Of a stretch of DNA of 64,000 nt, positions 39,737 to 49,438 are shown one piece after another (positions within the stretch are counted from its first letter, which is position 1; each line of letters opens with the position of its first letter). Source of the stretch: Candidatus Woesebacteria bacterium (GTDB lineage: Bacteria; Patescibacteriota; Microgenomatia; UBA8517); the NCBI GenBank assembly GCA_020060845.1, contig JAGUZK010000017.1, positions 23,935 through 87,934 of the forward strand, given 5' to 3'. The position numbers and the translations under genes were made by a program. The notes under the pieces are model-generated. The model was given only the letters and a program-made list of their open reading frames with translations, was not told the DNA's origin and ran no database searches.

Positions 39737-41709
39737 TTTTGAGCAGAAAATCTCAAGACCTCACCTCTTCCAAACCAGTTCAGAAATAAAGTTAAAAATA
39801 TCGAAATTGGAAAGGATAAAATAAAAACCGGTTTTACAAGATGATCACCGATTCCTTTTTCTCTTAAAATCTTATTCAAACTGAAAGATAAATTTAATAA
39901 ACCCCTGTGAGGGGTAAAAATTTTAATCGAATGAAACCCCTCTTTTTCAAGGATAACCCTTAGAGATTTTTTTGAGAAATATAAAAGGTGCTCCGGAACA
40001 ATTATCCAACAATAATGACTTTTAAATAGTCTAAGCCATGCAGAATCAAAGTTAGGAACCTCACCCACTATGATTCCTCCATTTTTCAGAAGACTATGAG
40101 CTTTTTTAATATAAGATGAAGGAGATCTGAGATGTTCAAGTACATGCCAAAAAGAAACATAATCAAACTTAGTCGAATAATTCTGCCTAGTAAAAATACC
40201 TACTTTAACTTTTCCTGGCCCTATTTTTGATTCTGTATTGTCCTTTGCTATATAACTGATATCACTACCATAAACATCCCAACCATTTTCTTTTAAATCA
40301 CTAAGTAATTCACCATTTCCACATCCAACATCTAGGATCTTCCCTTTTACAAAATTTCTTCTCAACCATTCAGAGGGAGCTAAATAAATCCTCCTAGTTA
40401 ATATCCATTGGTAAATAAAATTATCCACAGAATTAGAAAGTGAAATGAAATAATTTTTCGACTCATATGTTTTTCTAATCTCATTTTCAGACGGAAACGG
40501 ATCTAAAATTCCTAACTCACAAAAACGACATCTCTTATAAGAAAATTTCGGGGAGACATTTATTTCTTCCTCATCCAAACTCGCAAAGTTACCACAAACA
40601 GGACAAAGAATGCTTTTCTTGCCTATTCCTTTAGTAGAAAACATATTACCAATTCTAATCATATTGAGCCAATAATTTCTAAAAAAAGAAAATATTGATT
40701 CTTCCACAAAGACACCTATTTTACTAAGTTCTTTATCACTGACCTTTCTCAGTTCTTTTTGTATATGATTTCTTTTCTTAAGCGAATCCGGCAAACACAT
40801 AATTGTCCAAATATAAGCTTTTAATAGGCCGGCAAGTGGAGCAAAATTGAGGCGAAAAAACACATTGAATAAGGCTCTCAATAAAGAAATTACAAAATAA
40901 ATAGGAAGATACTTGATTAAACTAATAAAAGAATAATTTTTTATAAAAACTCGTGGCATCTTCGCATAGTGAAATTCCCAAGAAAACCTTCTAAGCCATC
41001 TATCCCTGGTTTTTTGCTCCTTAGACCAATGATATGTTATAGCCTTTGGAGCAAGTACAGTCTTAAAACCCGCTACCCAAAATCTCCAATTCAAATCCAA
41101 ATCGTCCAAATTTATTCCTAATTTCTCATCGAAACCACCAATCTTGACGAAAGATTCCTTTCTATATAGAACTCCCGTAGCGCCTGCAACGATTCCTTTT
41201 AAGTTATCATAAAGACCTACATCTTTTTCCCCAAAACCAATTGCTTTTATCCAACCCAAATGAGGTAGAATTTTGACACCCACGCAGTGAATAAAATTTC
41301 TCTTGTTGATATCAAGAACTTTACTTTGTACCACACCAATACTTTTGTCATCATTAATAATCTTAACCATCTCCATAATCCAATTAGGACGGACTTCTAC
41401 ATCGTGATCTAAAAGAGCCACAAATTTCCCCTTAGCCTTCGCAAAGCCCTTGTTTCTGGTTGCGGCAGCAAGCACCCTTGTTCTGTTTCTATATACCCTA
41501 AGTCTCCCATTTTCTATCTCTTTGGAAAATGTTGAATTGATCAAGTCCAATGTCCCATCTATTGAACAGTCATCAACTATTATTACTTCATATTTTGGGT
41601 AATCAGTCTTAAAAACTGATTTGAGGCACCTTTCAATAAAAATCAAACTATTGAAAGTAGGAATAACAATACTTACTAATGGCAGGGGTTTTGAAATTCT
41701 TTTAGTCAT
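39733..41709 (-). CDS. Fusion protein: N-terminal GT2 glycosyltransferase, then membrane segment, zinc ribbon, and C-terminal class I SAM methyltransferase
   Basis: GT2 motifs: VSIVIPTFNS, VDDCSIDGT, LDHDVE. TM helices about residues 270-300. CPVCGN...CRFC zinc ribbon. Methyltransferase motif I ILDVGCGNGELL and motif II DYVSFWHVLEHL. Confidence 0.75.
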   Translation of the reverse strand: MTKRISKPLPLVSIVIPTFNSLIFIERCLKSVFKTDYPKYEVIIVDDCSIDGTLDLINSTFSKEIENGRLRVYRNRTRVLAAATRNKGFAKAKGKFVALLDHDVEVRPNWIMEMVKIINDDKSIGVVQSKVLDINKRNFIHCVGVKILPHLGWIKAIGFGEKDVGLYDNLKGIVAGATGVLYRKESFVKIGGFDEKLGINLDDLDLNWRFWVAGFKTVLAPKAITYHWSKEQKTRDRWLRRFSWEFHYAKMPRVFIKNYSFISLIKYLPIYFVISLLRALFNVFFRLNFAPLAGLLKAYIWTIMCLPDSLKKRNHIQKELRKVSDKELSKIGVFVEESIFSFFRNYWLNMIRIGNMFSTKGIGKKSILCPVCGNFASLDEEEINVSPKFSYKRCRFCELGILDPFPSENEIRKTYESKNYFISLSNSVDNFIYQWILTRRIYLAPSEWLRRNFVKGKILDVGCGNGELLSDLKENGWDVYGSDISYIAKDNTESKIGPGKVKVGIFTRQNYSTKFDYVSFWHVLEHLRSPSSYIKKAHSLLKNGGIIVGEVPNFDSAWLRLFKSHYCWIIVPEHLLYFSKKSLRVILEKEGFHSIKIFTPHRGLLNLSFSLNKILREKGIGDHLVKPVFILSFPISIFLTLFLNWFGRGEVLRFSAQK

Positions 41710-41724
41710 ATCCCTATTACTAAC

Positions 41725-42768
41725 TTATGCGATTAATCTTGTACTCTTAAAATGTTTATTATAAGCTTCGATTGGTGATTTTTGGAAAAAGCACCTTCTC
41801 ATAATTTCTGCGTCTGAAAACACCCTTTTCTTTTGTGTTTCAACTCTTTCTCTAAAAGTATCTTTCAAAAACTCAGTATTCCAAAGGATCGCTCTAATAC
41901 TGCCTCTCAGGGCAGACAAACTCTTTCTTTTCAAAAGCACCAAAAACCCTCTCCCCAGATTTATTAAAAGACTCATAGGTAAATATTTTACCAGATTTTT
42001 CAATTCATAATTTTTAATTATTGACCTAAATGAATTTTTGGCAAGATGGAAATAAATTTTTTCATAAGTCCCCCCCATATGAGCTCTTTTTTCAACTGGT
42101 TTTGTGAAATGGTAAACAATGGACTTTGGTGACAAAACAATTCTATAACCAACTACCCAGACCCTCCAGGAAAAATCCAAATCTTCAGTATAAACAGCTT
42201 CTTTCTCATCAAACCCTCCGATCTTTTCAAAAACATCTTTTTTCACCGCAAGACTCGCCGAAATTGCAACAATTTCTCTCTCTTTAAGTTTATTTTTTAC
42301 CTTTGGATATTTCTCCCATTGATAAAAAGGTAAAAGCCAACCTGTTTGAGGCATTAAAAGCCCACCTGCCATTTGAATTAAACTTCTTCTTTCAAAATCC
42401 AAAATTAGAGATTGAGCAGCTCCATTTTTTTTATCTTTCAGCAACGGATTAACGAGCTCCTTTAGCCAAGCTTTATCAACTTCAGTATCGTTATCTAAAA
42501 AAACCAATATTTCCCCTTTTGCAACTTTCACCGCTTTATTCCTACTAGCTGCTGCGCCTAAGTTTTTCTCATTTTTCAAAAGTTTAAATCTTTTATCCTT
42601 TTTCAAAAACTTGTGGATAATCTTCAGACTTTTATCGGTTGAGCCATCATCCACCAAAATTACCTCAAAATTCCTATAAGAGGATTTTGAGACCGAAGAA
42701 AGACAAGTACTTAAATACTTTTCTCCATTAAAGTTTGGGATAATAATTGATACTAATCTATTTTTCAT
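41725..42768 (-). CDS. Glycosyltransferase family 2
   Basis: VSIIIPNFNGEKYL, VDDGSTDKS, and LDNDTEV. Confidence 0.8.
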   Translation of the reverse strand: MKNRLVSIIIPNFNGEKYLSTCLSSVSKSSYRNFEVILVDDGSTDKSLKIIHKFLKKDKRFKLLKNEKNLGAAASRNKAVKVAKGEILVFLDNDTEVDKAWLKELVNPLLKDKKNGAAQSLILDFERRSLIQMAGGLLMPQTGWLLPFYQWEKYPKVKNKLKEREIVAISASLAVKKDVFEKIGGFDEKEAVYTEDLDFSWRVWVVGYRIVLSPKSIVYHFTKPVEKRAHMGGTYEKIYFHLAKNSFRSIIKNYELKNLVKYLPMSLLINLGRGFLVLLKRKSLSALRGSIRAILWNTEFLKDTFRERVETQKKRVFSDAEIMRRCFFQKSPIEAYNKHFKSTRLIA

Positions 42769-42839
42769 TTTTCTCTAAAATAGATCAAATTCATACCGGA
42801 TATCATTAGAAACAAAAAGGGGGCACATGCTTTAATGAT

Positions 42840-43721
42840 CTAATTTTCCAAGATTCCATTTATACTACCCTTCAAATAATTAATAATTGCATTTATTCTT
42901 TTATATTTCAAAGCCAATCTTAAATAGTAAAAAAAATAGATAGGCAAAAAGAACCAAAAGGTGGGCTTTCCAAAATCCTTCATAAACAAAATCCTGTTTC
43001 TTGCCACAAAATAGGCTCTTGATAAAAGCCTTTCTGCCTCTTCTTTTGGATCTTCCGGGATCTTATGATAAGCAATTGCTTTTGGCGCATAATAAGTCTT
43101 AAACCCGGCACGCTTTGCCCTAAAACAAAAATCAGTATCCTCGAAGGTTGCAAAATATTTATTATCGAATCTTTTAATCCTTCTAATAACCTGCCTTTTT
43201 ACAAGCATCGCAGCGGGTGCAACTTGAACTTCTTCAATCTTTTCGTACTGGCCTGCATCGTCTCCCCCGCGAAAAAGAATTTGTCCTGTCCAAAGATTTA
43301 TTCCAGTTCCAGAGGACCAAATCTTTTTACGGTTGCTAAAGTAGTAAATTTTCGGAGTGACTATTCCAATACTTTTATCCATCTCCGCTACCTTTACAAG
43401 CTCTTCGAGCATTTTTTTATCTGCAACCATATCGTGGTCAAAGAAAAATAGATAATCCGATTTTTTTGAAGCTTCCTTTATTCCACGGTTTCTTCCCCCC
43501 GTCACCCCCAAATTTTTTTCGTTCCTATAAATTTTTAATTTTAAATTGTAATTTTGATTTTTGAATTTTGAATTTTGAATTCTCTCAAAAGTCCCGTCAG
43601 TTGAAGCATTATCCACAACAATAACCTCAAAAGGTCTAGGTGCTTGTTTTAAGATAGAATCAATACATTCCCTTAAAGTATTCCAACTGTTGTAGGTTGG
43701 AACAATCACTGATATTTTCAT
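42840..43721 (-). CDS. Glycosyltransferase family 2 (with low-complexity insertion)
   Basis: ISVIVPTYNSWNTL, VDNASTDGT, and FFFDHDM. Contains an Asn/Lys-rich insertion (QNSKFKNQNYNLKLKIY) encoded by imperfect 7-mer repeats at 43551-43577. Confidence 0.8.
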   Translation of the reverse strand: MKISVIVPTYNSWNTLRECIDSILKQAPRPFEVIVVDNASTDGTFERIQNSKFKNQNYNLKLKIYRNEKNLGVTGGRNRGIKEASKKSDYLFFFDHDMVADKKMLEELVKVAEMDKSIGIVTPKIYYFSNRKKIWSSGTGINLWTGQILFRGGDDAGQYEKIEEVQVAPAAMLVKRQVIRRIKRFDNKYFATFEDTDFCFRAKRAGFKTYYAPKAIAYHKIPEDPKEEAERLLSRAYFVARNRILFMKDFGKPTFWFFLPIYFFYYLRLALKYKRINAIINYLKGSINGILEN

Positions 43722-44617
43722 TTTTTATGAGCAAATATACCAATATTTCCAGCAGCTAATGTAAGAGGAAAATCTAAACTTGTTTTGATCAAAAAATTTG
43801 CCAATTGTGTTTTTAGATTTCTTGGAATTGGCGCCATTTTAAACCAATATGAAATTGGGTAAGTGTTTTTTATATCAAAAACTTCAACATTCTTGAATCC
43901 ATTTTCCACAAATATCCTCCCAAGGGTTTCTTTATTGAATAGGTAAATGTGCTCTATATCAAAAATTGGTGATCTTTCACCAAACAACTTGACCGATAAA
44001 CCATCAGTGTCATGAACAATAAAAAAAGCTCTTCCGCTACTTTTCAGCAGGGAATAAGTTGTCTTGAGAAACTGATTTGGATCTAGTACATGATCAAGAG
44101 TATGGAAACACGTAATAACATCAAAATAATTACTTCTGAACAAGTTTCTTCTTAAAAAACCAATTTTTATTACCCTTTGTAGTATTTTAGGAGCATTCAA
44201 AACACTTGGCTTACCAGGTTCTACACCATAAACATTTTTAATTCCCATTTCAATTACTTTCTTTAAGAAAAAACCATTACCGCAACCAATATCAAGAAGA
44301 GTTAACCTCTCTCTACGACGTCTGGGCAAAATCTTACTTAAATAACGAGAGTAAGTCTCACTCAGATAAGATGATTGATCCTCGTAATGAAAACCACTTT
44401 TTGAATAAAACTCACGAATTTTCTTTTCCTCGAGAATGGGGGACGAAAAAATTAGTCCACAACGGAGGCACTTAACTATCCGATAATGAATACCATCTGG
44501 TGACCTGCGGGCAGAAAATAATTTTACGTCAATCTTATCAGTATCAAAATTCTTTTTATATAAGAGTCTTAGTCTCTGTTTACTTTTACAAATAGCACAT
44601 ACCGTATTGATCATCAA
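43718..44617 (-). CDS. Class I SAM-dependent methyltransferase with N-terminal zinc ribbon
   Basis: CAICKS...CLRCGL four-Cys ribbon in the first 55 aa. Methyltransferase motif I LLDIGCGNGFF and motif II DVITCFHTLDHV. Confidence 0.7.
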   Translation of the reverse strand: MMINTVCAICKSKQRLRLLYKKNFDTDKIDVKLFSARRSPDGIHYRIVKCLRCGLIFSSPILEEKKIREFYSKSGFHYEDQSSYLSETYSRYLSKILPRRRRERLTLLDIGCGNGFFLKKVIEMGIKNVYGVEPGKPSVLNAPKILQRVIKIGFLRRNLFRSNYFDVITCFHTLDHVLDPNQFLKTTYSLLKSSGRAFFIVHDTDGLSVKLFGERSPIFDIEHIYLFNKETLGRIFVENGFKNVEVFDIKNTYPISYWFKMAPIPRNLKTQLANFLIKTSLDFPLTLAAGNIGIFAHKK

Positions 44618-44656
44618 AAGTATTATACTTTCTTATTTCCTAATTTTAAATAAACT

Positions 44657-45646
44657 TTAATAAATGTCATTCCTGTCTACTTTTTCAGTTTTTGTATATT
44701 TTGATTTGGGTTTATTAAAAATACTTTTCACCACATACATTGGTCTTTGTTTTACTTCTTCAAATATCTTGGCAATATATTCTCCGACAATACTAACTGC
44801 CAAAAGTTGTATGCCTCCTAAAAAGAGAATTAAAATTATGATAGTCGAAATACCATGGGGGGTATTGGGAAAAAGAAACCTCATTACAACTTGAATAAAT
44901 ATTCCAAGAAAAGAAAACACCACAACAACTAAAGATAGATACAGCATAAATTCTAAAGGCACATAAGAAAATGAAAATATGCCCTTCCTTGCCCAAGCTA
45001 AATTTTTTCTCCAGTTATTAGTTGAGCTCCCAAACATCCTTTCCGGCCTAACATAAGGTACACCAATTTGCTTAAAACCAACCCATGCTCTTAACCCCCT
45101 TATGAATCTGTCTCTTTCGGGCATGAGATTTAAAATATCAACCACCTTCCTGTCAATTAAGGAAAAGTCACCCGCATCTAAAGGAATTTCGATGTAAGAA
45201 AGAGTTCTAAAAATTCTGTAGAAAATCTTAGGACCAATTTGTAGAACTGGCGTAGTTACTCTTTTAATCCTCTCTCCGTAGACTACATCATAACCCCCCA
45301 ACCACTTCTCGTAAAATTTTTCGATCAGTTCCGGTGGATCTTGTAAATCTCCATCTAGTAAAACTACGGCGTCACCAGTAGCTATCTTCATTCCACTAGT
45401 AAAGGCCATCTGAGAACTAAAATTTCTGGAATGATTTATTGCGATTACCCTTTTATCCTTATTAGCTAATTTTCTCAGTATTTCCTCGGTGTTATCAGGA
45501 CTACCATCGTTGACAAAAATTATCTCAAAATCGACCTTTATCTTTCTAAATGTCTTTAAAAGTCTCTTATACATAAAAGGTATAGCGGGAGCGTCTTTGT
45601 ACAAAGTTACTATTGCCGAAATTTTTTTTCTTTTATTCTCTTTCAT
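44657..45646 (-). CDS. GT2 polyprenyl-phosphate glycosyltransferase, GtrB/ArnC-like, with two C-terminal TM helices
   Basis: ISAIVTLYKDAPAI, VNDGSPDNT, and LLDGDLQDPPE. C-terminal TM pair (YLSLVVVVFSFLGIFIQVV and IIILILFLGGIQLLAVSIV) characteristic of ArnC/GtrB. Confidence 0.8.
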   Translation of the reverse strand: MKENKRKKISAIVTLYKDAPAIPFMYKRLLKTFRKIKVDFEIIFVNDGSPDNTEEILRKLANKDKRVIAINHSRNFSSQMAFTSGMKIATGDAVVLLDGDLQDPPELIEKFYEKWLGGYDVVYGERIKRVTTPVLQIGPKIFYRIFRTLSYIEIPLDAGDFSLIDRKVVDILNLMPERDRFIRGLRAWVGFKQIGVPYVRPERMFGSSTNNWRKNLAWARKGIFSFSYVPLEFMLYLSLVVVVFSFLGIFIQVVMRFLFPNTPHGISTIIILILFLGGIQLLAVSIVGEYIAKIFEEVKQRPMYVVKSIFNKPKSKYTKTEKVDRNDIY

Positions 45647-46586
45647 AAAATCTGGTGTTTTTACTAAACCATTTTATAGACTCATACAAACCTTTTTCAA
45701 AATCGTATCTTGGTTCCCATTTTAATATCTTTTTAGCCAAGGTATTGTCTCCAACCCAATAATTTGTATCCCAGGGCCTTTTTTCATAAGTTCCCACATT
45801 AATCTTTGATGAAGAATTCGTAAGTTTAACTATCGTTTTGGCAGCTTTTTCAATTGACGTCTGCGAACCCGAACAAATGTTGAATATACGATGATCAAAA
45901 TCTTTCAGCTCTAAGCACGATAAATATGCATCAACAACATCCTTCACATAAATAAAATCTCTCTTTGGACCTCTTACCACATTAATATCTCTCCCTTCCA
46001 AGGCTGAGATTACAGCAGTGGGTATAAATCTGCCGGGTTCCTCATAAGGACCATACACTGAAAACAACCTTAATGTTACAATAGGTAATCTATTTAATAC
46101 CCCAAAAGTATATCCTATCATGGTTGCAGAGGCTTTTGTTGCTGCATAAAAACTCGCGGGTTCAAGAAAATCTGTTTCTTTCATCGGTTTACTTTTATAA
46201 CCATATTCTGAAGAACTCCCAGTATTCACAAAAAGCCTAAAATCTATTTTCTCAAGGCTCGTTAGAAGGTTTGTCATACCTAAAATATTTGCCTTTATTG
46301 CATCTTCCAAAGAATTCTGTGCTGGATAAGCCCCGTATGCAGCAAGATGGAAAATAATATCTGGTTTTATTTTTGAAAGAGCAGTTTTAACTCTATTTTT
46401 ATCTAAAAGATCTACTTCTAAGACTTTTGTTTTATCTAAAAGATCTTTAATCCTCCAAGTTTTAGAATTTTTTCTTAAAAAAATAAAGGTATTAGCTTTT
46501 GCAAACCTATTTATTATTTCCCTCAAAAGACATGACCCAACAAAACCACTTGCTCCAGTTATAAGAATTTTCTTATTATCAATCAT
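45633..46586 (-). CDS. NAD(P)-dependent sugar epimerase/dehydratase (extended SDR family)
   Basis: ILITGASGFVGSCL Rossmann motif at the N-terminus and a YAATKAS catalytic YxxxK. 317 aa. Confidence 0.85.
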   Translation of the reverse strand: MIDNKKILITGASGFVGSCLLREIINRFAKANTFIFLRKNSKTWRIKDLLDKTKVLEVDLLDKNRVKTALSKIKPDIIFHLAAYGAYPAQNSLEDAIKANILGMTNLLTSLEKIDFRLFVNTGSSSEYGYKSKPMKETDFLEPASFYAATKASATMIGYTFGVLNRLPIVTLRLFSVYGPYEEPGRFIPTAVISALEGRDINVVRGPKRDFIYVKDVVDAYLSCLELKDFDHRIFNICSGSQTSIEKAAKTIVKLTNSSSKINVGTYEKRPWDTNYWVGDNTLAKKILKWEPRYDFEKGLYESIKWFSKNTRFYERE

Positions 46587-46603
46587 AGAGAATTAACTAA
46601 TAC

Positions 46604-47107
46604 TCACCTTTTTAAATTTATATACCATGGTTTATCGCTTTTTAGCATCTCGTCAACTAAATTAGGTATTTCCTCTACGGTATTAGGCCACCGTGATTCT
46701 ATATTGGTAAATACCCCCATAATTTGCTTCTCCTCTAAGGACCAATGTGAAATCCCATCGTGAAAATAATCCTTATCCCTTCCGGATCCTACCAGCTTAA
46801 CGGGTATTCTTTCATACTCCAGATAGTTTCTAATCGATTCAAAAGGTCTATAAATGAGAAACGTCGTAATCGAATAAACTATCGGTATCATTCCTTGTAA
46901 TGCTAGTCCTACAGCGATACCAAGCATTGCTTGTTCTGAAGCACCACAATTTATAAATCTCTCTGGATATTTCTCTCGGACACGGTCCCACATCTTATAA
47001 CCCAAATCGCCCGTTAATACCCAAATCCTTTTATCAGCCTGCATACGAAGGTAAATTTCGTGAGCAAAATAACCACGCATGCTAGGGTGTGGTTTATAAT
47101 CTTTCAT
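46604..47107 (-). CDS. Transketolase-like protein, C-terminal (pyrimidine-binding) subunit, truncated form
   Basis: 167 aa. Similarity to the transketolase Pyr domain (GASEQAMLGIAVGLALQGMIPIVYSITTFL). Lacks the usual C-terminal TKC domain of two-subunit transketolases. Confidence 0.7.
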   Translation of the reverse strand: MKDYKPHPSMRGYFAHEIYLRMQADKRIWVLTGDLGYKMWDRVREKYPERFINCGASEQAMLGIAVGLALQGMIPIVYSITTFLIYRPFESIRNYLEYERIPVKLVGSGRDKDYFHDGISHWSLEEKQIMGVFTNIESRWPNTVEEIPNLVDEMLKSDKPWYINLKR

Positions 47108-47826
47108 CTCAAGAGCTTTAATGCTAAATCAAAATCTTCCTTTTTCATAACATAATAATGAGCATCTTGATCTCGCAAAAATGGAAGTTGATTGACAGAG
47201 GTTGATGCAAAAATTAAAAGAGGATTGTTAATTGTTTTAATTTTTAATGCATTTACTATGGCACTTATATTGTGTCCATCCACATCTATGACTTTGCATC
47301 CAAAAGATCTAAGCCTCTTTTTAAGTAATCCAAGATTCACCTTATCGTAAGCTCCCCAACCATTTGCGTTAAGAATTATCTTAAGATTGGATAATCTATT
47401 CTCGTAAGCAATCTTTAAGGCCTCCCAAATACTTCCTTCAGCACATTCACCATCGGATATAATACAGTAAACGTTTTTTGACCTATCTCCAAGTGCCATA
47501 CCAACGGCAATTGGTAAGCCATGACCAAGACTACCAGTCGAAACATCGATACCAATATTCGGATTGCGGTCGGGGTGAACGTTTAGCTCTTCAGCAGAAG
47601 CGTCGTCTAACAGATTAAATTTTTCTAAAATTACATATAAGGCTACCGCCGCATGCCCATTAGACAAAACAAATTTCTCATATTCCTTCTTAACTTTATA
47701 AACAGCATGAATCAAATCCACACACGACAAACACGATCCGATATGAGAAAGCCCTCTTTTAAAACTTATCTCAAGGATCCTTTTTCGTATAGCTTTTTGT
47801 TCTTTTGAAAGCAGTCTGTATTTCAC
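47104..47826 (-). CDS. Transketolase-like protein, N-terminal (thiamine-diphosphate-binding) subunit
   Basis: 240 aa with LSHIGSCLSCVDLIHAVY, SNGHAAVALY, GSLGHGLPIAVGMALG (ThDP-binding GDG-like region), and CIISDGECAEGSIWE. Confidence 0.8.
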   Translation of the reverse strand: MKYRLLSKEQKAIRKRILEISFKRGLSHIGSCLSCVDLIHAVYKVKKEYEKFVLSNGHAAVALYVILEKFNLLDDASAEELNVHPDRNPNIGIDVSTGSLGHGLPIAVGMALGDRSKNVYCIISDGECAEGSIWEALKIAYENRLSNLKIILNANGWGAYDKVNLGLLKKRLRSFGCKVIDVDGHNISAIVNALKIKTINNPLLIFASTSVNQLPFLRDQDAHYYVMKKEDFDLALKLLR

Positions 47827-47842
47827 TTAAAAATATTATTTG

Positions 47843-49405
47843 TTATTTTAGTTCACAATTCGCCTCTTGCAAAAACAGATTTCTCTGCTTATCGGAAACG
47901 TTAGTCAAAACCCCATTATTTAACTCCCAAGCGTGAATATGGGATATTGGTATAGGTTCTTTCTGGAGTGACCACTTTCCCACAGACGGCCTTTCTACCA
48001 TTTCTCCACAAATTAGTTTTTTAATTAACTCCCTATCCCCTGTTACAATTGGGAAATCATCGAGATTCTTAAATCCCCTTTTTATTCCGAACGGCACGGA
48101 AAACGACCAATCTAGAGCTACCCCCCGCAGATAGTCTCCCCCACCATACATGAATATACTGTTTACCTCTCCTTCAGGAACATCCCCGTTAATTTTAAGC
48201 CAAAGATTCTCCACTACAACATAATCCCTATATCTCCCCTGCTCCGCTAAAATTTTGTTAGCTCTAATTATATTAAAAATAACAAAGATTACAGACAATA
48301 AAATTCCTGCTTTCTTATTTTTCAGCAAGGAAATCAAGAAAGAAAATAGAATTACCACCCCAACAGAAGAAAGTGTTAAATATCTATGAGATGTCCCAAG
48401 AACCAAAGTCTGATCAAACAACCAATTTGGGAAATAAGGGACAAATATCCAAGCTAAAGAGAAAATAATTACTTTAAAGGAATGGCTTCTTTTCTTAAAA
48501 ATAAATAAAAAAAACAAAAACACCAATATAAAAAATGTAAAAAACCCAACTCTAACTGTAAAAACGTTAGGATTAGATAGAGAACCTGTTTCTGAAATAT
48601 TCAGAAACCATCCAGTTAACAAATTACCCACTGAATTAAAAAAATTCTTTAGTATTGCTTTATTATTCATCACCACAGCCCACTTTTCATAGATTCCATT
48701 AAAAGAAAAAAAACCGTTTGGTGTTGCTAATCTAAGTAATATAAAAACATACAAAAACATGCTTAAATTTCTGAACACTATCCTTCGTAAGCTTATATCA
48801 TCATGGGAGACAGCCGACAGAAAATCCCAAAAAGTAAGAAGTGCAACTAAAAAAAGAGCTCTACCTGGTGAAGTAAATACCGCTAAAGTTAAGAAAATCA
48901 AGGAATAAATGAAATGCTTCTCCAATTTGTTAGAAACACACCAAAAATAACAAGCTAACGAAAAGAAAAATATCAAAATAGCTGATGTATGAGCACTAAC
49001 CCAAACAAATGACTCCAGCCCACCAGCTAATGACGCAAAAAACAATCCTCCTAAAACCGAAGCTCTATAAGAATTGGTAAGACCTTTTATTAAAATAAAT
49101 ACAGCGATTGCATCGAATATTCTCAAAATTATTCCATACACTTGCCAATAAAACGATTTAAATGCTAATATCTTTGCAAGCAGAAACTGCTCTATAGCTG
49201 ATCCGGGATGAAGTCTTATAGCAGCAAGTTCATGCAAAAGAAGGTCTGGTCTATATACCGCTGCCCACAATTGTCCCCAATCATCCCTCCAAAAGTGAAA
49301 CCTTAAAGCTCTATTAAGTGACAAGAATGCCAAAAGGGAAACTGCAAAAAAATATAAAAAATTTTTTAACTTCTTGTTTTTCACTCCCCTCATATTATAA
49401 AACAC
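47843..49405 (-). CDS. Polytopic membrane protein, GT-C-like; first gene of the long leftward gene string
   Basis: 520 aa, GTG start, about 12 TM helices and a C-terminal soluble domain (about 120 aa). Preceded by a 700-bp non-coding region. Confidence 0.35.
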   Translation of the reverse strand: MFYNMRGVKNKKLKNFLYFFAVSLLAFLSLNRALRFHFWRDDWGQLWAAVYRPDLLLHELAAIRLHPGSAIEQFLLAKILAFKSFYWQVYGIILRIFDAIAVFILIKGLTNSYRASVLGGLFFASLAGGLESFVWVSAHTSAILIFFFSLACYFWCVSNKLEKHFIYSLIFLTLAVFTSPGRALFLVALLTFWDFLSAVSHDDISLRRIVFRNLSMFLYVFILLRLATPNGFFSFNGIYEKWAVVMNNKAILKNFFNSVGNLLTGWFLNISETGSLSNPNVFTVRVGFFTFFILVFLFFLFIFKKRSHSFKVIIFSLAWIFVPYFPNWLFDQTLVLGTSHRYLTLSSVGVVILFSFLISLLKNKKAGILLSVIFVIFNIIRANKILAEQGRYRDYVVVENLWLKINGDVPEGEVNSIFMYGGGDYLRGVALDWSFSVPFGIKRGFKNLDDFPIVTGDRELIKKLICGEMVERPSVGKWSLQKEPIPISHIHAWELNNGVLTNVSDKQRNLFLQEANCELK

Positions 49406-49438
49406 AAAAACATTCTCAACTTACTGTAACACCTTTTA

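Noticed and set aside
43551-43577. Tandem 7-mers and other short repeats considered as a CRISPR array or minisatellite
   Set aside because: Units are 7 bp, contiguous, and entirely inside CDSs. There is no spacer/repeat architecture and no cas genes.
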